Source: a virus. Taken from it: DNA of 21,235 nucleotides. The stretch covers positions 1-21,235 of IMG/VR virus record IMGVR_UViG_3300040771_000271. The stretch is one strand, 5' to 3'. Below the pieces are notes generated by a model. It worked only from the letters and a program-made list of their open reading frames with translations, did no database searches and was not told the DNA's origin. The translations under genes were made by a program, and so were the position numbers. The stretch's first letter is position 1. Every line of letters starts with the position of its first letter. Positions 1 to 7,647 of the stretch are shown here, one piece after another.

Positions 1-106
1 CATATTCTTTTTCTGTACTTTCGATAAGGTTGTTTATTTTATCGGCAAGTGTTTTTTCTATTTCCGCATACTTTTCTTTAGGGTAAGTTCTTACGTCTGC
101 TGTCAT
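1..106 (-). CDS. hypothetical protein, runs off the window edge (MTADVRTYPKEKYAEIEKTLADKINNLIESTEKEY...)
   Basis: Manual translation from the ATG at 106 is open to position 1. A-rich leader; lies directly downstream of the attC-like hairpin. Confidence 0.6.
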   Translation of the reverse strand, partial: MTADVRTYPKEKYAEIEKTLADKINNLIESTEKEY

Positions 107-158
107 TTTCTGTTTTCGTGTTTTTCAAAGTTTTCGGCTTTTCTTATCAATTACCTAC

Positions 159-282
159 AACGTTCCCGCGCTACAAGCAGTTTGGGACTAAATTAAGCCC
201 ATTATTCGGATTTGCCAAATCTTCCAAATACAAACCAATTTTTCCATTAAGCCAAATGCCCAAATTGCTTGTAGCGTTTGTT
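159..282 (-). repeat. attC-like long imperfect palindrome
   Basis: 18-bp inverted arms CGCTACAAGCAGTTTGGG (169-186) and CCCAAATTGCTTGTAGCG (259-276) with one mismatch/wobble, bounded by AAC (159-161) and GTT (280-282). The minus strand reads TAAC...AACGTTGTAGGTAA. Confidence 0.6.
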
Positions 283-299
283 ATTAATTATTTATAAGT

Positions 300-331
300 C
301 AAAGATACTTCTTTAGTACCACACTTCCTAA
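300..331 (-). promoter_or_regulatory. Bacteroidota sigmaA-type promoter
   Basis: Minus strand TTAG-N20-TATCTTTG, same 20-nt spacing as the other promoters here. Confidence 0.6.
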
Positions 332-340
332 TTTATACTG

Positions 341-589
341 TTAAAGTTTTGCTAAAATATTTTGCTTAACAATAACTAAATACTCTTTACCTTCATGGTT
401 TAAAACTGTGCCTGAATTTTCAGATACTTTTACTACATCTCCTGATTTTAAATAGCTTTTTACATCCTCACCTAATGAAATAACTTTAACTGTGTTATTA
501 AATATTTTTTCCGTACTTACAGTTATACCTCCAACTTTATTGTCTTCAAGTATTTTCTCTACTATTATTCTTTCGCCGAATGCCTTCAT
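341..589 (-). CDS. groES: co-chaperonin GroES (Cpn10)
   Basis: 82 aa: MKAFGERIIVE, mobile loop GGITV, VISLG, LKSGDVV, G..EYLVI..NILAKL match the Cpn10 pattern. Confidence 0.85.
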   Translation of the reverse strand: MKAFGERIIVEKILEDNKVGGITVSTEKIFNNTVKVISLGEDVKSYLKSGDVVKVSENSGTVLNHEGKEYLVIVKQNILAKL

Positions 590-747
590 ATATTTTTTTC
601 AAAGTTTTCAAGAGTTTTTTGATTAAACTCATATATTTCTGTAAATCTTTTTTTATCTTTTTCCCATTCTCCCTTTGCTTTGGGGAATAACATTTCTAAA
701 TCTCCTGACTCTAAAAGTGAGTCGTATGCTTTTTTAACTTCCAACAT
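586..747 (-). CDS. small hypothetical protein, 53 aa (MLEVKKAYDSLLESGDLEMLFPKAKGEWEKDKKRF...), not in the ORF track
   Basis: Fills the gap exactly; its TGA overlaps the groES ATG (ATGA coupling). Confidence 0.75.
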   Translation of the reverse strand: MLEVKKAYDSLLESGDLEMLFPKAKGEWEKDKKRFTEIYEFNQKTLENFEKNI

Positions 748-973
748 AGCTTCTTGTTTTCAAAATTTCTGTTAGTTCTTGATAATCTTTATCTTCTAAC
801 TGTTCAGGTGTATTATTAATCTCTATTTTTACTTTATCTTTTGCGCCAGAATCGTTTAAAATGTTAGCTAAAAAGAAGTGTTTGCCGCCCTCTTGAGAAA
901 AAGCTAAGTAGGTACATTTAGCACCTACTGCTTTTCTAACTTGAGATAATTTAGCTTTATAATATTCTATCAT
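734..973 (-). CDS. hypothetical protein
   Basis: ORF in a tightly packed operon, overlapping both neighbours. Confidence 0.7.
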   Translation of the reverse strand: MIEYYKAKLSQVRKAVGAKCTYLAFSQEGGKHFFLANILNDSGAKDKVKIEINNTPEQLEDKDYQELTEILKTRSYVGS

Positions 974-1380
974 TACACAACTTCTACTTGACTAGCTTCA
1001 AACTGTCTTTGCAACTCTTCTACATCTGTGGTTAAACCTTGCTCAATATTTCTTTGATGAATAATCATTACAAGTTCTCTAGCGGCTAACATTTCTTGAG
1101 TAACTTTACCATCGTAAGAAATAACTCTATTTTCTAGAGAGAAAGTTTTTTCAGGACTGACTGTTTCTATAGCAAAACCATCTTTAATTTGTTTTTGATT
1201 AGGTTTGTTAATATACTCCCCTGTTTCTGCGTTTACGAAAGCTTTTACTTCTGGAAAGCTAATACTTGCTAAAGCATTTAATCCTTGTTCTACTGCAGTT
1301 TTTAATAGTATATATTCTTGAGCTGAGATTGTAATTTGTTCTGCTCCGTTATAAAATTGATTTGCGAGTGTTTTTTTCAT
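973..1380 (-). CDS. hypothetical protein
   Basis: 135-aa ORF with A-rich leader and TAATG coupling to the next gene. Confidence 0.75.
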   Translation of the reverse strand: MKKTLANQFYNGAEQITISAQEYILLKTAVEQGLNALASISFPEVKAFVNAETGEYINKPNQKQIKDGFAIETVSPEKTFSLENRVISYDGKVTQEMLAARELVMIIHQRNIEQGLTTDVEELQRQFEASQVEVV

Positions 1381-1392
1381 TTGTTTTTATTT

Positions 1393-1454
1393 AAAAAAGC
1401 CAACTCAAAAGGTTATTAATCCTCGCCAGGGAAATGCCCTAGCCTTGTTGGCTT
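1393..1454 (-). terminator. terminator-like hairpin with a structured interior
   Basis: Minus strand AAGCCAAC...GTTGGCTT followed by a T tract; inner hairpin GCTAGGG-CATTT-CCCTGGC. Confidence 0.55.
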
Positions 1455-1473
1455 GTATTATGTTAATATATTT

Positions 1474-2154
1474 TTAGAAAGGTAATTTATTATCAGCTTC
1501 TGGAACTTTAGGTGCTTCTGCTTTTGGAGTATCTTGTTTTGATACTTGAGGAGCAGGTGTGGAGCTTCCTAATTGAAATTTAGTTACTAATTCTCCTAGT
1601 TTAGAATAATAAAACTCTGTCTGTGGTGAAAAATCCCAAACCTTGTCTCCAGCAACTATTTTTTCTAGAGGAGAAGGAATATCTGTGTAAGGTATAAACC
1701 CTGTACCTTGACCTTTACCATTTTCACCTAAAATATTTACGTAATTAATATAAATATTTAAATTTTTATACTCTTTTCCGTTTTTTCCTGTGGTGGTGGT
1801 AGCTTTAGTAGTGAAAGTTACTTCTTCTCCCAATTTTAGGTTATTCAAAGCTGATAAAATAGCTTTAACTTCATCTGTATAATTTCCTTTTACATTTTTT
1901 AGTGGTGCGGAAACCTTATTAGAATCTTCTCCATCCATTAAGGTCAATTCTAAGAACTTTAATACTTTTCCTTCGTAGTTAACTTCTTTAACTTCTAAAT
2001 TTTTAGGAGTACCTTTAATGCTGTCAGCATATTTATGATAGGTTTTTTTACCTTCAGTGCCGTAAGTGACTTCTTCATAGCCATCTTTAGGACTTTTTTC
2101 TTTTAAGTAAAGTTTTCCTTTACTTGCGCTAATACTGTAATTGTAGTAATTCAT
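1474..2154 (-). CDS. putative single-stranded DNA-binding protein
   Basis: Beta-rich core, Pro/Ala/Glu-rich linker and C-terminal DNKLPF typical of SSB tails; replication context. Confidence 0.6.
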   Translation of the reverse strand: MNYYNYSISASKGKLYLKEKSPKDGYEEVTYGTEGKKTYHKYADSIKGTPKNLEVKEVNYEGKVLKFLELTLMDGEDSNKVSAPLKNVKGNYTDEVKAILSALNNLKLGEEVTFTTKATTTTGKNGKEYKNLNIYINYVNILGENGKGQGTGFIPYTDIPSPLEKIVAGDKVWDFSPQTEFYYSKLGELVTKFQLGSSTPAPQVSKQDTPKAEAPKVPEADNKLPF

Positions 2155-2180
2155 TGTACTTCTTTTTTAATTTTTGTTTG

Positions 2181-2465
2181 TTATGTACTCTTTAATTTAT
2201 TTAATGCTTGATAATATTCTAGTAAGTCTGTTTGTAATTGCAAGTATTCTTCAAATCTCTCTGCTTTACTAACCTCTTTTTCTGATTTTTCTTTTAAAAG
2301 TTCTAATCTGGTTTTTGAATTTAATTGTTCAGATTGAGAATTAATAGTACCATACCCATGACCACTAATAATAAAGTTATTTTGAGGTTGATACGTAAAT
2401 ATCTCTTCAGAATCAATTGTAAACTCTTTACTAAGTTCTAAAAATCTTAATATTTTACTCTTCAT
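2181..2465 (-). CDS. hypothetical protein
   Basis: 94-aa ORF overlapping the upstream gene. Confidence 0.65.
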   Translation of the reverse strand: MKSKILRFLELSKEFTIDSEEIFTYQPQNNFIISGHGYGTINSQSEQLNSKTRLELLKEKSEKEVSKAERFEEYLQLQTDLLEYYQALNKLKST

Positions 2466-2919
2466 TTTTATTGTTTTTAATTAATTTATTTTTTATTTCG
2501 CCAAAAAAGTAAATAACAGACTCTTTAAAAACTTCAAACTTACTCATTTGAGCTACTTTTATTCTAGCATACACTTCAAATAAATCTTCTTCAACAAAGT
2601 AATCTGTACCGTCTTTAAATTCTAAAACAGTTCCAAATTCATCACCTTCAACAGCAGATACTAAATCAGTTATATCTATAAATCTATTTTTAAAGTCATA
2701 CGTATACTCTCCTTCTTCTAATTTCATAAACCCATCTTCACTTACAACTGAGTCATTCTGAACTAAATCTTTAGGAGGTCTTATACCTAGCCTATCATAG
2801 AAATCTAAGTCATGTTCTAATTCTGGATTTTTAGTTGTAACTTGTTTAACTCTTTCTTCCCCTTTTTCACTAAGGATTGTTACCACTTGGGTAAAAAAGA
2901 TATAATTCACTTTTTTCAT
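2455..2919 (-). CDS. hypothetical protein
   Basis: 154-aa ORF directly after a promoter. Confidence 0.75.
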   Translation of the reverse strand: MKKVNYIFFTQVVTILSEKGEERVKQVTTKNPELEHDLDFYDRLGIRPPKDLVQNDSVVSEDGFMKLEEGEYTYDFKNRFIDITDLVSAVEGDEFGTVLEFKDGTDYFVEEDLFEVYARIKVAQMSKFEVFKESVIYFFGEIKNKLIKNNKNEE

Positions 2920-2937
2920 ATATTAAATTTTCTTTTA

Positions 2938-2969
2938 CAAATATACAACTATTATTTCAGTTATGCAAA
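2938..2969 (-). promoter_or_regulatory. Bacteroidota sigmaA-type promoter
   Basis: TTTG-N20-TATATTTG on the minus strand. Confidence 0.8.
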
Positions 2970-3021
2970 TTTATTTTAACTTTTCTTGATCTATTATCAT
3001 GCTAATTAAAAACCTTACTAT

Positions 3022-3741
3022 TTAAGTAATATCTTTATTTTTTATATACCTCCATATATACCCATGTCCTGTTTTATTTTTGTTGTTACAGCAACTTTGT
3101 ATACTTTCTTTACTTATATTTAAAGTTTTAGCTGCTTCTATTACAGAATCCCATTTTTTAATAAAATTTCCATTTAATTCAAACTGTAAAACTTTTTTCT
3201 TTTTGGGACTGTTAATAGAAATTTTTTGTTTAGTAGACTCTTTATGAGGTTGTCCTTTTCTACCTAAATTACCTAATTTAGCTATCGAAAGCTTTTCTTT
3301 TTGCTCTTTAGTCCATTTTCTATTTTTACTACTTTTTGAAATACTCTCTCTCCCTTCTTTAGACATAGGCTTATTTAATTTCCACAACTCATTACCAAGC
3401 ATTCTTTTTCTTAATTTTTCCTTTTCTTCCTCAGACCTAATCCTACCTATTGACGGCTTACCAACTATTTTTTCATTGTTAAAATAACATTCATTATTAT
3501 CTAAAAACCACTGCTCTATTTTTTGTCTGTATTGCTCAGGTACTGTTATTAGATACTCTATATGGAAAGACTCTTTTCCATATTTATTATAAGATCTCTG
3601 CATCTTAAGTGAATGATGTTTATTAGCTTTTAAATCTTTAAAGTGTCTTCTTATTCTATCTTTTATAACTATAGATGAACCTATATAAATTTGAGAAGTA
3701 ATATTATTTGTTATTTTATAGATTATACAATCTCTATTCAT
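3022..3741 (-). CDS. free-standing GIY-YIG homing endonuclease (NUMOD3 repeats plus C-terminal NUMOD1/IENR1-type HTH)
   Basis: IIYKITN...IYIGSS...R...H catalytic domain; SEEEKEKL, TKEQKEKLS and HKESTKQKIS repeats; C-terminal VLQF..NG.FIKKWDSV.EAA...GYIWRY. Confidence 0.9.
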   Translation of the reverse strand: MNRDCIIYKITNNITSQIYIGSSIVIKDRIRRHFKDLKANKHHSLKMQRSYNKYGKESFHIEYLITVPEQYRQKIEQWFLDNNECYFNNEKIVGKPSIGRIRSEEEKEKLRKRMLGNELWKLNKPMSKEGRESISKSSKNRKWTKEQKEKLSIAKLGNLGRKGQPHKESTKQKISINSPKKKKVLQFELNGNFIKKWDSVIEAAKTLNISKESIQSCCNNKNKTGHGYIWRYIKNKDIT

Positions 3742-4417
3742 GTTCTTGAATCCATAGTTGGAGTTCAGCTAAAGCATTCCATGCAACATGATATTGATGA
3801 GGTAAACCGCTTTCTGAGTCTTTACCTTGTCCTAATCTGTGTCTTAATCCTGCATCTGCATAAGTTTTACTGCCTCCTTCAACCCTTTTAAAATTTATAA
3901 AATCTTTATCTGTTTCTTTATATTTTTTATGCCCATATTCTGAACACATTACTATTGCTTCCAATGCTTTTGGAAACTGTTTAAATAATAATGATATTTG
4001 GGGTTTGTTTTTGTTTAACTTAACACCTTCTGTTTCTTTTATTCCCTCAACTTTGTTTAAATTATCAATAATTCTTTCTTCTGTAATTATTTTAGTAACT
4101 TCCTCTAGATTTAAATTTTTGTCATTTAAGTACTTAGGGTTGTATGTAAATATTTTACTTTCTTTAGGATAAAAAGAAAATCCTGTAGTAATTTCATCTA
4201 CAAGAAACTCTAAATCAGCTCTACCTCCATTATTTTCTTGATGTTGTTCTGCTTCTTTTAATAAATCCTCTGTTTTATTTGTTTTCGGCGAATTATAAAA
4301 AACATCAAGTCCTTTTATAGAAACAGTAGTATTGTCATTAATTAAACTTACTATTTCTTCTCTAGTCTTACTTTCATTATTAAAAAAGTATTTGAACCCA
4401 TCTCCTTTAAATTCCAT
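3734..4417 (-). CDS. dATP/dGTP diphosphohydrolase domain (DUF5664-type) protein with N-terminal extension
   Basis: C-terminal GVK...KP..SLL...YGHKKY...YADAGLRH...DSESGLPHQYHVAWNAL motif series. Confidence 0.75.
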   Translation of the reverse strand: MEFKGDGFKYFFNNESKTREEIVSLINDNTTVSIKGLDVFYNSPKTNKTEDLLKEAEQHQENNGGRADLEFLVDEITTGFSFYPKESKIFTYNPKYLNDKNLNLEEVTKIITEERIIDNLNKVEGIKETEGVKLNKNKPQISLLFKQFPKALEAIVMCSEYGHKKYKETDKDFINFKRVEGGSKTYADAGLRHRLGQGKDSESGLPHQYHVAWNALAELQLWIQEHE

Positions 4418-4418
4418 A

Positions 4419-4673
4419 TTAATCGTTATTTTCTGAGTAAAAACTTAACCCTTTATTATACCACCCACTTCCAGCTAATATAAATTTTTTATCTCCTTTA
4501 AAATACTCCATCCAAAAGTCCCAATCCCATCCATTAGAATCAAAATTACCTTGTTCTAATCCTTCACTTTGCAGATATAAATTTACTTCTTCAGGAGATA
4601 TTAATACATGTGAATTTGTTACAGTTATTTCTCCACTTAACACTTTATCTATTTCTATTTCAAAATCTTCCAT
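4419..4673 (-). CDS. hypothetical phage protein
   Basis: 84-aa ORF with NGWDWDFW...GSGWY aromatic motif. Confidence 0.7.
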   Translation of the reverse strand: MEDFEIEIDKVLSGEITVTNSHVLISPEEVNLYLQSEGLEQGNFDSNGWDWDFWMEYFKGDKKFILAGSGWYNKGLSFYSENND

Positions 4674-4692
4674 TTTTATTGTTTTAATTTAG

Positions 4693-4766
4693 TTTCCGCA
4701 ACAGGGCTCGAACCTGTGACCTGAAAATTATGAGTTTTCTGCTCTAACCAACTGAGCTATGCGAAA
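4693..4766 (-). tRNA. tRNA with CAT anticodon (elongator Met or lysidine-modified Ile2); CCA not encoded
   Basis: Cloverleaf TTTCGCA-TA-GCTC-AGTTGGTTA-GAGC-A-GAAAA-CTCATAA-TTTTC-AGGTC-ACAGG-TTCGAGC-CCTGT-TGCGGAA-A. Lacks the initiator 3 G-C anticodon-stem pairs. Confidence 0.92.
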
Positions 4767-4771
4767 GGTTT

Positions 4772-4895
4772 GACAGGTTGCACGTTTGTAATCTAAGTCT
4801 ACAGTACTGTCCCTAATATTGCGTTATTAGACTCTCCATCCACGAGTCCTCTCTACTCCGATGTCTTTCACTTTGCTACAAGAGAATCAAGTGAA
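4772..4895 (-). ncRNA. candidate structured RNA (multi-hairpin, possible pseudoknot)
   Basis: Locally GC-richer segment with no ORF in the track; stems 4867-73/4889-95, 4830-34/4844-48, 4813-18/4825-30 and 4772-76/4807-11. Confidence 0.4.
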
Positions 4896-4909
4896 TGTTA
4901 TTTTTAATA

Positions 4910-5030
4910 AAATAAGACTTGTGGTCACTCGCTCCACATTACCTGCTGTTTTAAAGTTTATTTTCTATTACTAGATACACCCCATACAGGTTACTAAAAA
5001 GGGGAAGAGTGTTTTTAACTTGTCTTATTT
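4910..5030 (-). ncRNA. candidate double-pseudoknot ncRNA
   Basis: Closed by a 9-bp stem AAATAAGAC/GTCTTATTT, starts right at the predicted TSS, and has internal hairpins with loop-mediated pairings. Confidence 0.45.
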
Positions 5031-5036
5031 ACTATG

Positions 5037-5068
5037 CAAATATAATACTTTTATTTTAAATATGCAAA
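5037..5068 (-). promoter_or_regulatory. Bacteroidota sigmaA-type promoter driving the ncRNA/tRNA cluster
   Basis: TTTG-N20-TATATTTG on the minus strand. Confidence 0.8.
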
Positions 5069-5073
5069 TTTAT

Positions 5074-5529
5074 TTAGTAACTTAATAAACTTTGCAACTC
5101 ATCTAGCTGTTCTTGACTAACATCTTCTTGCATTTCTTGTTCCTCATTCCATTCAATAAAAGCGTAAATAAAACTATGATCGTAATCTATACCTTGTGGA
5201 TATTCTTTTAGAAAATGTTTAATCCTATTTTCATCTATAATAATTTCAAAAGTGTCTTCTGTCATATCTCCACAAACTTCTGAATGTTTGCCCCAAATCT
5301 CTCCAAAATAAACTTCTTTGTCTAATAAAATTTCTTTAATTCTTAAAGCATTATTAAGTGGTAAAATTCTTCTTTCACCAACACTTCCACCTCTTCCTTC
5401 CCAGCCTATTTGAAGTAAAATAAGATTATCTTCTTTTAACTTAACATTGTTACATTCTTCAACAATATCTGATAATAATAAGAATGCGTCTCCTACTATA
5501 ATTCCGTCTTTTTTATATTCTATTTTCAT
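5074..5529 (-). CDS. hypothetical phage protein
   Basis: 151-aa ORF containing VYFGEIWGKHSEV. Confidence 0.75.
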   Translation of the reverse strand: MKIEYKKDGIIVGDAFLLLSDIVEECNNVKLKEDNLILLQIGWEGRGGSVGERRILPLNNALRIKEILLDKEVYFGEIWGKHSEVCGDMTEDTFEIIIDENRIKHFLKEYPQGIDYDHSFIYAFIEWNEEQEMQEDVSQEQLDELQSLLSY

Positions 5530-5538
5530 TTTCTAAAT

Positions 5539-6189
5539 CTATTTCTTGTAAATATAATCTAATATTTTACCTACCAAACCACTTCTATGGTTTTCTTTTA
5601 ATTTTATGTGTTCAATACCTTCTATACTTTTTGAAAGTTCTATTACAAAATCAAGCCCTGTATAATTTTCTGAAATATCCCGCTGAGCGGAGTCCCCATT
5701 AATTATTATTTTTCCTGTTTTACCTAATCTAGTGATAATAGCTTCCATCTCTCTAGGAGTTAAGTTTTGAGCTTCTTCAACAAGTAGTACATCATCTATT
5801 GTTTTACCCCTAATATACTGAACAGGTAAACCTTGTATCTTGTCGTTTTTTACGAAATCATCTATTTTAACTTTGTCTGAACACTTATATAAGTTTTCTA
5901 TTAAAGCCTCAATATACACATTAAATTTATCATCTAAATTTCCAGGCAAATAACCTAAACTTCTACCAACTTCTATTGCACTTCTAGTAACTAGTATCTT
6001 ATTGCATTGTTTTGTAGTTAAAAAATCTAACGCTGTTACTGCCCCTACAAGGCTTTTACCACTACCTGCTCTACCTGTTATAATAACAATTTGATTTTCA
6101 AGTACTAATCTTTTAGCCTCTTTTTGTTCTTCGTTTAATTGAACATTATACTTAACTTCTCCTTTTCTAACTCTATTAGGTTCTTTCAT
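5539..6189 (-). CDS. phoH: PhoH-like ATPase
   Basis: GRAGSGKS Walker A, TR..IE...LGYLPG, YIRGKT, EEAQN, ITRLG, GD..QRD and HRSGLV are hallmark PhoH motifs. Confidence 0.95.
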   Translation of the reverse strand: MKEPNRVRKGEVKYNVQLNEEQKEAKRLVLENQIVIITGRAGSGKSLVGAVTALDFLTTKQCNKILVTRSAIEVGRSLGYLPGNLDDKFNVYIEALIENLYKCSDKVKIDDFVKNDKIQGLPVQYIRGKTIDDVLLVEEAQNLTPREMEAIITRLGKTGKIIINGDSAQRDISENYTGLDFVIELSKSIEGIEHIKLKENHRSGLVGKILDYIYKK

Positions 6190-6215
6190 TTAATGTGTTG
6201 TTTTTATTACTTTTG

Positions 6216-6247
6216 TAAATATAGAAATAATTTTTATTATTTACAAA
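6216..6247 (-). promoter_or_regulatory. Bacteroidota-type promoter variant
   Basis: TTTG-N20-TATATTTA upstream of phoH. Confidence 0.6.
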
Positions 6248-6660
6248 TCTTTTTGTAAATGTTTTGAGTAAATAGTTGCTTTTATCCAGTAGTTTAAACA
6301 TTTAGGGTCTGTTAATGCTCCACTACAAATGATTTGTTGTGTCTCTCTGTATGTAGTTTCGGCACGAGAAAAAGTAAAAAGCAAAATTTCTTTCTCATAT
6401 TTCATACCTTCTTTAATAAGTTTTTTTAATTCTATAGAACTTGAACAGTATGTTTGCCACGAATATTGCCCTTTACTTGTACCTTTTTTTGCGCCACTTG
6501 TATAATTAGGTTTCCACATATACTTTTTTCCAAAATAAAATCTTCCGTCTTTTAGGGTAATCTTATATACGAACGCAAAAGAATTTTTTGGTGTTTTATC
6601 TATGTGGTCTACTATTTTACCTTGATATACCCAAGGAACTGTTTGTCTTTTTACTCCCAT
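6241..6660 (-). CDS. small GIY-YIG-superfamily nuclease
   Basis: FVYKIT...FYFGKK...WQTYCSSS..L...EIL...TYRE...N pattern; no NUMOD tail. Confidence 0.7.
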   Translation of the reverse strand: MGVKRQTVPWVYQGKIVDHIDKTPKNSFAFVYKITLKDGRFYFGKKYMWKPNYTSGAKKGTSKGQYSWQTYCSSSIELKKLIKEGMKYEKEILLFTFSRAETTYRETQQIICSGALTDPKCLNYWIKATIYSKHLQKDL

Positions 6661-6797
6661 TTTTCTACTTTAACAACGTCAAAACTATTAAATCTGTTCC
6701 ATTTATTTTTAAACTTTGGGTAAGCTCTGTACTTTTCATTGTGTTTGTACCACGTACCACCTTTTAATCTTCTATACCACTTAAAACTATTAAACAT
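6651..6797 (-). CDS. small basic/aromatic protein, 48 aa (MFNSFKWYRRLKGGTWYKHNEKY...), not in the ORF track
   Basis: Fills the gap and overlaps both neighbouring genes. Confidence 0.65.
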   Translation of the reverse strand: MFNSFKWYRRLKGGTWYKHNEKYRAYPKFKNKWNRFNSFDVVKVEKWE

Positions 6798-7023
6798 CTA
6801 ATTCTTCTAAAGTTACTGTTTTAAATATATTTTCTAACTCTTGTTCTGTCACTTTACCTTTGCTTTCAATGTATTTACCTAAACTGCCTCTTAAAGTGTT
6901 TTGCGCCATTTGTATAGCAGTCATAACATCTCCAAGTTTATCTTTTGAATTTAAAGATAGCTGTGTATTATTAATTTTACCATCATTTGTGACAGTTATT
7001 TTTATTTCATTATTTAATAGCAT
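6790..7023 (-). CDS. hypothetical protein
   Basis: 77-aa ORF, co-oriented with neighbours. Confidence 0.65.
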   Translation of the reverse strand: MLLNNEIKITVTNDGKINNTQLSLNSKDKLGDVMTAIQMAQNTLRGSLGKYIESKGKVTEQELENIFKTVTLEELDV

Positions 7024-7054
7024 TGTTTATATTTTATATTGCGATATACGTTTT

Positions 7055-7081
7055 AAAAAAGGGCAGAACCTCCTAACTGCC
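7055..7081 (-). terminator. intrinsic terminator
   Basis: Minus strand GGCAG-N10-CTGCC-CTTTTTT. Confidence 0.6.
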
Positions 7082-7127
7082 AAAGTAATAGTTTACGGTC
7101 TTGGTCTTCCCAGACTTGATAGGGTTT

Positions 7128-7346
7128 TTAATTACACAGAATTTTTAAAAAATTATCTGCTGCTGTATTTGCTAATTCATGCACATCTTCAAATTGATGT
7201 TCAGACTGTTGGGAACTTTGTCTGTAATACTCATCTTTAAAAGCCATTGCAATATTTGCTTGCCAACTAATTCTATAGCCTTCATCTGTTTTTAATGCTT
7301 CTACTAAAACTTGTATTGCATCTTTTAACTTATTATTCATTTTCAC
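7128..7346 (-). CDS. hypothetical phage protein
   Basis: 72-aa ORF containing YRISWQANIAMAFKDE. Confidence 0.7.
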   Translation of the reverse strand: MKMNNKLKDAIQVLVEALKTDEGYRISWQANIAMAFKDEYYRQSSQQSEHQFEDVHELANTAADNFLKILCN

Positions 7347-7359
7347 ACATATTTAATTG

Positions 7360-7647
7360 CTACATCTTTAAGTCTTCTAATAAAGGCTGATTTTCTAACA
7401 TTTCAATCTCTATATTAATAGCTTCAGGGTAACTATTTCCTTTTTGACCTGAAAAATAAATACCTATTAACCCTAAAACTTCATTATCGATATAATGTCT
7501 AAATTTTCCTTGCTGTTTATTTACTTCCCAGTCCATTGAAACGTCATTCCAATCTTCTAATACTAATTCGTGACCACCTTTAATTTTATAATGCAATCTT
7601 ATAAGATTATTGTGACTAAAATTTTTAATAAATTCTCCTAGTTTCAT
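7360..7647 (-). CDS. hypothetical protein
   Basis: 95-aa ORF, co-oriented. Confidence 0.7.
   Translation of the reverse strand: MKLGEFIKNFSHNNLIRLHYKIKGGHELVLEDWNDVSMDWEVNKQQGKFRHYIDNEVLGLIGIYFSGQKGNSYPEAINIEIEMLENQPLLEDLKM

Noticed and set aside
2920-3741. Group I intron around the GIY-YIG gene
   Set aside because: Flanking genes appear intact, the ORF overlaps the upstream gene, and the downstream gap is short and occupied by a promoter.
4674-4692. Theta (HDV-like) ribozyme 3' of the tRNAs
   Set aside because: The sequence immediately 3' of both tRNAs is AT-rich with no HDV-like pairing visible.
4767-5030. Retron msr-msd or SAM-I riboswitch
   Set aside because: No reverse transcriptase in the window and the SAM-I core motifs are not matched.
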